Below are positions 38,781 through 50,433 of a stretch of DNA of 51,368 bases, piece by piece. The stretch's first letter is position 1; the number at the start of each line of letters is the position of its first letter. Position numbers and translations under genes: made by a program. Source of the stretch: Octopus bimaculoides. Lineage: Eukaryota. The stretch lies in contig NC_068987.1 of NCBI RefSeq assembly GCF_001194135.2, positions 33,540,708 to 33,592,075 on the forward strand, written 5' to 3'. The notes under the pieces were generated by a model. The model worked only from the letters and a program-made list of their open reading frames with translations. It was not told where the DNA came from and ran no database searches.

Positions 38781-39918
38781 CTTTCGTCTTTCAGCTTGCC
38801 TGAAATGTATTTCTATCATACCCGTAAATAACTATGAACAAATTCACCAGTCCAGATATATACATACGCTCGGCACACACATACACACTCACAGGCGCGC
38901 ATACACATACACACATACACACGCACACAAACACAAACACATACACAAACACACTGAGCTGCCCCATCCCCGACAAATATCGAAAAGAAGGTGGTAAGTG
39001 TAAGAAGTTCTATTCCTAAAAACTACCAGATGAACTATATTGCATGACTTTCTTCGGTTATACTAAGGAGTGATATAGATGACTGGATGGGAGATTGTAC
39101 CCTCAGTGGAAGAGGTCGTTATTTTCTTAACGGCATGATATACATCGTTGAATATACTTACCTACGAAAGAAATCATTATACATACAATCAATTCGATAT
39201 TATATTCGTGCTCAAGCAAAAAAAAATAAATGAAAATAAATCTTATTCAATGAAACAAAATATAATATAGCGAGGAAATTGCTGCCATAACTATATTACT
39301 ACGATATTCATTCTAAGATAAATCAATATTTTGTCTTCTATATAATATTAAGGAAATAGGAAGGAAAATAAAAATATGAAAAATAGTTTTATGATATAAA
39401 TTGAGCAGAATATTAAGATTTGATGAAAGCCGTTATTTAATGAATGTTGGCATGGTGAAACACTGAGTAATACAGCAAACGTTATAATTAGGAATTCAGA
39501 CAAGAGAGAAAGAGTGTTGTTTAACATAGATGCACTCATATCGCTCTTGGCCAGTTCACGCCTAATAACTTTACTCTCTGTCTTATCTTTTCTTCAGTTT
39601 CACACTGTCTGTTACCAATATGAAGGGTAAGCGAGTTATAACTCGCTTAAACTTCATACTGGTAAAAAGGGATGAACATCTCTCTGTTGTACATCCATTC
39701 TATTGCCTGAAAAAATGAATTCATGAAGATGATCAACCAGATGCCCACAGATACTTCTTCGCTGCACTGTAATCATCCCACGAATGCAGTCTGTGATCTT
39801 AAGATACACGTGATTTGTGGAAACACGCGTAGTGATGCATTATATGTTTAAAAATTCCACACGAGAATTATTGTTATTATTGTATGAATATTAATATTTC
39901 GTTTAGGCATATTAAAAA

Positions 39919-39954
<36 letters not shown>

Positions 39955-41394
39955 CCACACGAGAATTATTGTCATTATTGTATGAATATTAATATTTCGT
40001 ATATTGCGCAGTAATAAGGTATAGAGATGAGAAAGGAATAATCAATTTTCTTATGAACTTCATTAACTCATAGCTGTTTCAGCTATAAAATGAGTGCCTG
40101 CAATTGACTCATAGGTGAGTGCTTACGCTAAGATGATAGTCTTAGACTGTATATCATTCAGTCATTTTAAAAGAAATTTCAAAATCTTAGTAGCCATTCT
40201 AGATGCAGGAATGTATTAAGCATTTAAGATAAGAAAAGATAACATGTCTAAAGCAATAGAACTAATATTGATTGAAGGCATTTTTCTTGAATAATTTACT
40301 AAAAGAATGAATAACTACTGAATAAAATAACATCTGAACAACAACCTGTCTCCAATGAACATTAAATATGTACCCTTGAAAGCAAACCTACGATAGGTTT
40401 TCTAGTCTGTTATTGGTTGCTGCTTTTCTAACAAATCTGATTATTTTCAACCTGGCGTGAATAAATGTGCTTATCATCAGGATGGTAACGGTGCACATGT
40501 GAGAGGCTAGATAATTGTACATGACAAAAGAAAACATTGTTGCTCCTTTTTAAGATAATCCCAAAGATGTTAAGCTTCTTGTCATTCCGCGTGTGTGGTC
40601 GTGTGTGTGCTCGTGTGTGTGTGTGTGTGTGGGTGTGTATGTGTGTTTAAATTTATACCATACACTTTTGACCTATTATACAGAAAACTGCTCCCTTCGT
40701 TAACAGTTATTGGGAGTATGTGAATAATGGTAGTTCCAACTATTTTTCTTTAGAAAATCAGCATGTTGATATACCAAATATATATATATATATATATATA
40801 NNNNNNNNNNNNNNNNNNNNNNNNNNNNNNNNNNNNNNNNNNNNNNNNNNNNNNNNNNNNNNNNNNNNNNNNNNNNNNNNNNNNNNNNNNNNNNNNNNNN
40901 NNNNNNNNNNNNNNNNNNNNNNNNNNNNNNNNNNNNNNNNNNNNNNNNNNNNNNNNNNNNNNNNNNNNNNNNNNNNNNNNNNNNNNNNNNNNNNNNNNNN
41001 NNNNNNNNNNNNNNNNNNNNNNNNNNNNNNNNNNNNNNNNNNNNNNNNNNNNNNNNNNNNNNNNNNNNNNNNNNNNNNNNNNNNNNNNNNNNNNNNNNNN
41101 NNNNNNNNNNNNNNNNNNNNNNNNNNNNNNNNNNNNNNNNNNNNNNNNNNNNNNNNNNNNNNNNNNNNNNNNNNNNNNNNNNNNNNNNNNNNNNNNNNNN
41201 NNNNNNNNNNNNNNNNNNNNNNNNNNNNNNNNNNNNNNNNNNNNNNNNNNNNNNNNNNNNNNNNNNNNNNNNNNNNNNNNNNNNNNNNNNNNNNNNNNNN
41301 NNNNNNNNNNNNNNNNNNNNNNNNNNNNNNNNNNNNNNNNNNNNNNNNNNNNNNNNNNNNNNNNNNNNNNNNNNNNNNNNNNNNNNNNNNNNNN

Positions 41395-41435
<41 letters not shown>

Positions 41436-41808
41436 TTGTGTGTGTGTGTGTGCGTGTGTGTGTGCGTAAATATATATATGTATATAAAGATATAAGTGTA
41501 AGTGTATTTTTTCAATGTGTAAAAATAACACGGAACAAAAAGAAATAGTTACCAGGGTAGCAAAAAATACACATAAATACCAGGGATCACGCCTTTAAGC
41601 TTTACTCTCATTCATCTATCGCAGTACATATTTCCACATTTGGTTTTTCTGTTAATTTCCTTCAATCTCTTCCCTCACTTTCTCTAAATTGTATTTGATG
41701 TTTAATCTATTATTTTTTAAAGATAATTTGACAGCGTTCCCTTCATCATATACGCAGTCATTCCATTCGGTTAAAATTGCTTATTGATGTGCCTTATTTC
41801 TCTTTGAA

Positions 41809-41900
41809 TTTTGCCCTGATGAGAAGATGGCATTGTCTTACATAATTTTATTCTCTCTGGAATAATACCAAAATTTTCTTCGAAACATATGTCGGGAGTA
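41809..41900 (+). ncRNA. Type I hammerhead ribozyme motif (Penelope-type), catalytic core intact
   Basis: CUGAUGA 41816-22; stem II GAAGA/UCUUC; GAAA 41882-85; stem III A-C-AUAU-G-U (palindrome ACAUAUGU); C17 at 41893; stem I weak (CC/GG, mismatch, UA, UG). Folded by eye only. Confidence 0.6.
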
Positions 41901-41934
41901 TAAAGATTTGAACAACAACTGCATTTCACTCCAT

Positions 41935-42395
41935 TTCTTTATATATAGATTAAAGGGGATATTTTTTTTAAAGTGTTTTTGAATCTGTTGGTTTATGATA
42001 GATGTCAGTTATAATTTTGTTGATGACTTTTTTTATAATAATATCCAAAAATGGGAGCTGTTCTTTGTTATATTCCATTGTGAATTGAATGTTACTATTT
42101 ACATCATTTACTGTTGATTTGAAATCCAAAAGTTTGACAATGGTCTCCTTCCAAATGATAAAACAGTCAATGGATAGCCATATTTTTGAAGTGACACTTC
42201 ATATATAGTGAATTCAAAATAACCCATTATCAGGTTCGCAAGAACAGGGGCTGCTTTCGTTCCCATCGCAGTTCCTCATTTTTGACGATAATATATGTCA
42301 TCTAATAGGAAATAATTGTTCTGAAGTATAAATTTTAAAGATTCATTAATAAAGATCTGCGTAAATCAGATCGAAAATGATTTGCACAATGGTGC
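41935..42395 (-). mobile_element. Penelope-like element RT fragment (decayed)
   Basis: Minus-strand translation gives FILQNNYF...YRQK*GTAMGTKAAPVLANLIMGYFE, DCFIIWK, NIQFTMEYNKEQLPFLDI, TDIYHKPTDSK and KNIPFNL, diagnostic of Penelope RT. The YLDD region is partly deleted. Confidence 0.85.
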
Positions 42396-44199
42396 CTGAT
42401 AGAATTACTCGATTTGACAAACATTGAGAAGCAAAACTTTTTTCTCTGGTAGAAGAATAAATGCCAAAAAGAGCTAGTATTGCTGGAGAATTTCATCTTG
42501 CATTAATTAAGTTGGGTACTTTTTGAAACTTTGCGTTAGGAAATTTGCCGGTTTCTTCAAAGAAACGAAAAAGTCTGGTCAGCTTTTCTTCACCATTGTT
42601 AAAATTAGGCTAGAATTTCTCTTAATTACTCAGAATATTGGGAGGTGAGGTTTTTCTCCAAATTCGTTATCCATTACGACACGAAGAACTCTATGAAGGG
42701 TATGATGCTGACAACCGATAAATTGCGGTTCTTTCAAAGGCTTAAATGACAATGCAATTTCTTTTCCCAGTTGTATCAGCAACAATCATCTTTACACAGT
42801 TCCATAAATTGTGTTAATCGAAAACAGCTGTTATTCCTTTCACAACAGCATTGGAATTTTCCTTTAGTAACTGGAGTGCTCCTAACTTAACTTCTCTCTG
42901 GTTGTTCTTTAAAACTATCACTTGGTATTCTTGGTCATCAATACATTTACCATCAACATGCAATGATTAGTTTTCTAAATGAAGTATTTTCTTCAGTTTC
43001 ATTTTTAGTTTAACAGCTTTTTTAAAAGCCGATTTGTAAATACCAGATTGGGAAGGAATCTCAACATTGACTCCATCTTGAGATAATTGTCGATAAACTG
43101 TTGTTTAATTTTTGGGTTGATAGATTGGAAGATATTACTAACTTGGTTGCAGTTCCAGTTTTCCTATAATTCTCCCTTGTTCGTGTGGATTCTTCGTCTG
43201 ATTTATCGGACTCTTGATATTGACATTCAGTCTTTGCTTCAAACGTTGATGATGACACTGGAGTTGCTCGTGTTGACGTTGCCATTAAGATCACTTTTCT
43301 TCTTTTGGATGTGTGGATAGCTTTAGAACTAGCTGCCTTTCCAGTGGCATACCCATCCTGTCTCTTGCTTTCAAGCTGAAGATAATATAATCTTCTATCC
43401 TCACTGCACAGCCATTCACCATTTTCCTTTGTGATGTAAAAAATTCCTTTCAGTGAATTGTATTTTCCTCGTTTTACACATTTATCGTAGGTATTCAGCA
43501 ATTTCTCTATTTATGTTTGCACATTTTGAATTGATAAATATGAGAAATTTGATTTCTTTTGCCATAAAAATGTTATTTCATTCGAAATTTCCTTTGTTCT
43601 TTCTTTCCTTCATTTAATGATACCCGCAAGGAACAGGTAGCGACCGAGAATTTGAAGTTCTATTGGTATCCTGAAGTTGTTTTCCAACGAATGCTCTTCT
43701 AGAGAAGCAGGTCTCTATAAGCAGGCCTCTTCTAGAGAAGCAGGTCTCTCTGTGAGTCTTGACATTGTACGAGTTTCTTCGTCCAGATTGTTTTGTTTCT
43801 TTGAATGACACTAGGACTTCTCTTATGAGACATTATTTTAGATACTCTAGTTGGATAAGCCTACTATTCTGAAAAACAGTTAATATTGTCGAAGTCCTTA
43901 GCGTCACAGTAATAAAAAAGGAGACGAATAGGATATTTCCTTAAAGTAGGACCTAAGCAATAAATTTCAAACTCTATTACTGCTAAACTACTTAAATATG
44001 AAAGCTGAAATTTGAGATAAACTGCTTCTGCATTGCATTAAGCTATCAGACCAAGTTTGGCAACAACTTGAGTAGGCGTTGTGAGCCCCCCACCCCCGAA
44101 TTTTGCAGCATTTGGGTAAAAAGTTGTCTTAGATTTCTTCAGTCAGGGGTGTTGTTTTTTTAAAACAAAACTTAAAATGAAGTCTATTGTCCCTACCTA
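42395..44199 (-). mobile_element. hAT-like DDE DNA transposon remnant (hATm-like, tentative), 3'-truncated
   Basis: Minus-strand pieces LHVDGK, KMIVADTTG, FIGCQHH (CxxH-type motif) and NAR*NS (cf. hAT RWNS), plus the N-terminal ORF 43061-43501. Putative terminus TAGGTAGGGACA at 44199. The subfamily name is from memory, not a search. Confidence 0.65.
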
Positions 44200-44286
44200 T
44201 ATGAAATTGTTCATCGACATTTGATAAAGGAAATCGTTTACTAACCAAAACTCAAATAGTGATTACTTTAGTAGACACACACATAA

Positions 44287-44330
<44 letters not shown>

Positions 44331-44799
44331 GCACACACACCCACACACATACACGTGTGAATTTTGACTGGTGACCACCATTGCTACTACCACCATCTCT
44401 GGTTGTTTTCAGCTTCAAAGGCACAGAGAAATAGGGTTTGATAAGAAACTGAAGAGGGGTACAAACATCCCTTAATAGGAGAGAATTGCTAAGAGAGGGT
44501 TTTATTATATATTTTATATACTTCTGTTTTTATTATGCCAATAGATACTTCTGTATATTTCATTCTGATTTCTTTCTATGTTTTGGTTGTCATAGACGCT
44601 GCAAGTAGATGCAGATAAATTTATTTCGCCCTAAATTCGGGGTTTGTCAAAGTACCGCTACTTTGGATAAAAACACTGTCATTTAAAATATTTATAAACA
44701 ATATAAACGATCGACATTTTTTTCCGTTTTTTAACTCTTTTTAAAGTAATAGAGAAATAAGGTGGGAGGGGGAGGGCATTAAAAGCACCTGAGGTTACC

Positions 44800-44865
44800 A
44801 ATAACATCAACATTGGCGGTGCCCAGTATACCTTCAGTCTGATGGCTGAAACAAGTAGAAGAACA
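44800..44865 (+). mobile_element. Type A SINE/CR1-like tail fragment
   Basis: ggcggtgcccagtataccttcagtctgatggctgaaacaagtagaaga resembles the tail at 20570-20620. Confidence 0.45.
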
Positions 44866-45572
44866 TATATATATATATATGCATATATATCAACACACAC
44901 ATCACACAGCAAAATAGGAAATAAAAAATTTCTCCTCAAAACCTTATCAATTGAATTTTCGCCCATCCTGAAAACCATTTCCTTTCCTGTTTGGGGCAGT
45001 TATAGCAACACGTACACATGCACGCACTGATGCACGCACGCACGCACGCGCACAGGAAAATACACACGCACACGCACACTGACACAAACACACACACACA
45101 CACACNNNNNNNNNNNNNNNNNNNNNNNNNNNNNNNNNNNNNNNNNNNNNNNNNNNNNNNNNNNNNNNNNNNNNNNNNNNNNNNNNNNNNNNNNNNNNNN
45201 NNNNNATATATATATATACACATATATATATATATCAATATTTAACTATTTATAAATATGTATGTACATGTATGATGATATTTAAGAAAGAGAGAGAGAG
45301 AGAGATGGGGAGAGAGAGAGAGGCAGAGTAGTATGTGTGCACCTGTTTGTATATTCTTGTTTGGAAGTTTATATTTCTATAAGATTTTCTTTTAGCTAAT
45401 GTGCTGAATAATATATGTATGCTATAGCTTGCATACACATTTTAGAGAGAATGTGTGGAGAGAGAAACACAGAGTAAGCAATAAAGGAAATTGGGGAAGA
45501 GCCTGATTTAGCTGGAGAGCTTCAGCTGCTTTGCATATTGCAAGATTATTATTGCAAATTAGATGTCATAAC

Positions 45573-46851
45573 AATGCCTCTAGTTAGGATATTACGGATA
45601 GCTATAGATTTAAGGATATACGAAGGAAGAGCAGATGGACGCATTTACGATAATATAATGCGTATCATTCGATTGCCAAGCACAATGTAATTTTTTCATG
45701 TTTTCAGTATCACTTTCGTGCTCTGTAAGTATCTCTCTTTCTCTTTTTCAAATTAGACATTATTCAAACGCAATATTACGTTATCAGCAATGTATATGTG
45801 TGTGTATGTGTGGGTGGATATGTATACCTATAAATATTTATGTACATACATATCTGTGTGTGCATGTGTTTATATATGCATATATGTATGTATGCATGCA
45901 TACATGCATAGAGGTATGTATGTTTGTGTATATGTATACATATGCATTTCTGTACAGCTTCACCGCACATAGAAGCTTAATAATGCATGTGCAGTAGTAA
46001 ACAATCCTGCATCTACACACACATACACATACATGCATAGACTTAGGCAATCAACTGATTCTCAGACGGACCTAATGCAGGCCTTGAATAGAGAGTTTAT
46101 GTCAATGAAGAGGTCGCAAATAGCGGCAAAATGCATTAAACAAACGAATGTTTGTTTAATGAGCAATCTAATCAAGTAAACAAACAATCGATTAACTTTG
46201 TTGGTTAGACACTAAAACGTTGGATAAAAAATGTAAAGAAGAGGTATTGAATCAGTACGTATATTTATTTTTAATTTTATTGGCTAAATGACTCTTCCTA
46301 GAAACGTACGAATTGAAATCATGAATCATGCAAAACATACAAAAACGACGTGTGTATATGTTTGTATATATATATATATANNNNNNNNNNNNNNNNNNNN
46401 NNNNNNNNNNNNNNNNNNNNNNNNNNNNNNNNNNNNNNNNNNNNNNNNNNNNNNNNNNNNNNNNNNNNNNNNNNNNNNNNNNNNNNNNNNNNNNNNNNNN
46501 NNNNNNNNNNNNNNNNNNNNNNNNNNNNNNNNNNNNNNNNNNNNNNNNNNNNNNNNNNNNNNNNNNNNNNNNNNNNNNNNNNNNNNNNNNNNNNNNNNNN
46601 NNNNNNNNNNNNNNNNNNNNNNNNNNNNNNNNNNNNNNNNNNNNNNNNNNNNNNNNNNNNNNNNNNNNNNNNNNNNNNNNNNNNNNNNNNNNNNNNNNNT
46701 GTGTGTATATATATATATATATATATAATATATATATATTGTGCTTGGCAATCGAATGATACGCATTATATTATCGTAAATGCGTCCATCTGCTCTTCCT
46801 TCGTATATCCTTAAATCTATAGCTATCCGTAATATCCTAATTAGAGGCATT
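45573..46851. repeat. 114-bp inverted repeat pair (45573-45686 and 46738-46851), 113/114 identical
   Basis: Manual reverse-complement comparison gives a single mismatch (ctagtt versus ctaatt). Confidence 0.9.
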
Positions 46852-47064
46852 TTGTCCCTAATATTATTATATATATATATATATAGGAAAGACTGATTCT
46901 GAGAATGACCTGAAGCAGGCCTTGAATAGTGAGTGTATGACTTTCAATAGGTCGGAAGTAGAAACGAAAGGAATTTGACAAAGAAATGAAAGATTGTTTC
47001 ATCATCACATTAATAGAGTAAGCAAACAATCGATTAATTTGTTGGTTAGACATTTAATATATAT

Positions 47065-47550
47065 CGTGACACTCCGTCGGTTACGACAACGAGGGTTCCA
47101 GTTAATCCTGTCAACGGAAAGTATTGCTCGTGAAATTAACGTGCAAGTGGCTGAGTGCTCCACAGACACGTATACCCTTAATATAGTTCTCGGAGAGATT
47201 ATGAGTGACAAGAATGCGACAAGGCTGGCCCTTTGAAATACAGGTACAACAGAAACAGGAAGAAAGAGTGAGAGAATCTTGTGGCGACATAGTACAACAG
47301 CGTTCGACCCCCCCCCCCNNNNNNNNNNNNNNNNNNNNNNNNNNNNNNNNNNNNNNNNNNNNNNNNNNNNNNNNNNNNNNNNNNNNNNNNNNNNNNNNNN
47401 NNNNNNNNNNNNNNNNNNNNNNNNNNNNNNNNNNNNNNNNNNNNNNNNNNNNNNNNNNNNNNNNNNNNNTAAGTGTTTTCACTCAATAAACACTCAATAA
47501 ATACTCACAGCGAGTCCGCCACCCTAATAACCGGGCCATTGCGCCTCCAC
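47065..47550 (-). mobile_element. Third tRNA-derived SINE-like element, interrupted by an N-gap
   Basis: Minus-strand head gtggaggcgcaatggcccggttattagggtggcggactcgc (A-box-like TGGCCCGGTT), with a non-coding GC-richer body ending ...tcgtaaccgacggagtg. Confidence 0.5.
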
Positions 47551-47561
47551 ACAGACACACA

Positions 47562-47609
<48 letters not shown>

Positions 47610-47779
47610 AATACAGTGTACATTGAAACACATAAGGGGTATCCATCGTAGGATACCTGGCACGGTAGAAGAAACAGCCAAAATCCAAACCACTATTAGG
47701 GATAAATTTCGAAGGGAATGGAAAATAAAAATATTTACCATCTATCCCCTGGACCTTGGTTTCTGACTTTATATTAGCA

Positions 47780-48200
47780 AATTAAATTGTTTGCTATGCG
47801 AAGTCTTCATCAACAGGTACGCCTAGTTTAAAAATATAAGCGCAAGGCAATCTATCATGTGCCCCGTGCCATCCGTCCACTACAGAAATGGTTGTGTCGT
47901 ATCACAACACTATGACAGAACTATTTCACCTCAATTGGCTCTGCTCTCTTCAATATCGCGCCAGATACACATAAACGATGAAAGTGACATCACGGCATTC
48001 AAACGATCCCTGGATGATTACCTCCACCAAATACCAGATAACCCACCCACACCCAAATATGTCTCTGAAAACAATAACCCTCTGCTTGAATGGGCTACGG
48101 TTCTCCAGACCTGACTATGTATCTCTTCCAGGTGGTGCTATTAAATTAGACATGGCCTGAGTCAACTTCGGCAGAAACTTATCTAAGTAATCTAATCTAT
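47780..48200 (+). mobile_element. Second CR1-clade LINE 3' end (divergent subfamily)
   Basis: FKRSLDDYLHQIPDNP...NNPLLEW parallels FKTKLDAFLSTIPNEP...SNSL of the first copy. 3' UTR ggtggtgct...catggcc...gaaac is followed by an (atcta)-like tail. Confidence 0.7.
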
Positions 48201-48851
48201 GCTGTAACCTATTAATCAAAGCACGACAACGTGGGTAGAGGCTGATATCTTAACATTTCTGATAGTCTTATATATAAAAACATTATTAAACATTTATATA
48301 GAACTACATTCAGAATATGTCTATAAGCTATTGTGTTTAGACTTGGTTTCTATCCTCCAACTGTTCCGTTTTGTAGTTGCCTTTTTTATAAACAATCTTG
48401 GTCACATGAGTATCGGATAATGGATTTTACACAGTGTAAATAAACTAATTGTGGTGATCGTAGTTTTGACGGTGATTGTGGTGAAAGCACAGACATTGTT
48501 GGTGATGACGATGGTCGAGATAATTGTGGGAGGAGAATAACACAGTATCGGTGGCTATAATGGTGACGGGAGCGGTGTGATGAGAGGTGGAAACGAGCTG
48601 CTTGCCGGAGGTCTGCGGTCACCGAGTGCTTTTCTAGTTCAAAATTGAAACTCATCAGTGACTTATGGTATACCCTGTATATACGTATATATGTATATAC
48701 ATATATATATATATATATNNNNNNNNNNNNNNNNNNNNNNNNNNNNNNNNNNNNNNNNNNNNNNNNNNNNNNNNNNNNNNNNNNNNNNNNNNNNNNNNNN
48801 NNNNNNNNNNNNNNNNNNNNNNNCAAATATACATAGATATATATACACACG

Positions 48852-48908
<57 letters not shown>

Positions 48909-48954
48909 ATATGTATACGCATATGCATATATATACACACACACATACACACAC

Positions 48955-49148
48955 ACGCCGGGTGAAATGCCTAACGGTATTTCGTCTGTCTTTACGTTGT
49001 GAGATCAAATTCCAGCGAGGTCGACTTTGCCTTTCATCCTTTCGGTGTCAATAAACTAAGTACCAGTTGCGTATTGGTGCCGACCTAATTGACTGCCCCC
49101 CCCCCAAATATCGTGCCTCGTGCCTAGAGTAGAAAAGAATATTATTAA
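48955..49148 (+). mobile_element. Type B SINE with the attatt-type tail
   Basis: gaggtcgactttgcctttcatcctttcggtgtcaataaactaagtaccag, the same centre as 38545-38780, but tail ...gtgcctagagtagaaaagaatattatt. Confidence 0.75.
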
Positions 49149-50028
49149 CACACACATGTGTTCAATTCCACTCCTTTTTCTATTAGTCAGTTAGTTTATA
49201 AGCAACTAACTAAAGGATTGTTCGTATCACTTGCTTAAACGGTAAGTCCTTTGTTTTGATTTTGTTTGTATAATCTCTTTGAATGCTATTTCCAACGTTT
49301 TCAATTATTTTGACTTTGACCATTACGGACGCCACATCTGTCTAATTGAGATCATTTTACCTGCGTGTATGTACGTGCCAGTGCGCGCGTGCAAGAAATA
49401 ATACATACATACACACACACAAGCATGATACATACACACATACATACACGTTCTCTCATGTAGTCTTCATATAATATCTTGACCTTGCCTTGTAGAGTTA
49501 TTTACAGAAGAATTTTCACCTGAGGTAGAACATGCTTCTTGAATTTGACCGTGAGACCTTTTCAGTTTAGTTGCCAATTTTCAAAAATGAAAGATTGTCG
49601 AAAACTCTAAAATTTGGTACATTAATGTACTTTACAAGCTGAATCTCGGGAGATATCTCACTTTTTTTAGACAAGTTTTTTAAAAAGTAATACATAGGAT
49701 TTGGAAGGTGTCATTTTGTGCGTGACAGCACGTGTTGTCTATTGTAAGCAAATGAAATACTGGTGGTATTCTGCTTTATGCACGCCATATAAACCCTCGT
49801 AATTTTTTATTATTTTTGTGTAAATTTGAGCAATTGATTTTTACGAATTTGTATACTACACACTGGAGTTCATACAATCATGTAAAAATCAAAGCAAATA
49901 GTTTGGAGGTGGAGATTTAAGGCCTATTTACCAGTTATATTTAGCACACCTCGCCACCACCTCAATGGATAGAATATATTTGTCAACACGTGCTTTCTCA
50001 CAGACAAAAGATTTCCATTGCATGGCTT

Positions 50029-50042
50029 GTTACTATGGAAAC
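50029..50042. promoter_or_regulatory. RFX X-box-like motif GTTACTATGGAAAC
   Basis: Matches the X-box pattern GTTRCY-AT-GGNAAC. No transcription start evidence, and loose matches are expected by chance in 51 kb. Confidence 0.15.
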
Positions 50043-50385
50043 AGGCGTGAATGTATTTTTCCGAAAATGAATTCTAAGGAACTGATTATTTACGCCGAAT
50101 ATGAAATCAATTAGAACAGAAATTGAATAGATTGAAAATTGGCAGCCAAACAGAATAGAACAGAAGGCACCTTTTTCGAGAAGCCTCAATTCTCTACAGC
50201 ATCTTCCAAAACACTGGAAATATGAGAGCATGTCTACCCTCATATATTATTTAATTTCTTCGTTTTTGATTATCATATATATCATTGTTAATTAATGCGA
50301 TGTGCAAATTTAATTGTTTGTAATCTGTAAATTGAGTATTGGAATTTCTGGTTGTTGTTTCCTGAACTAAATGTATCTCCGCATA

Positions 50386-50433
<48 letters not shown>

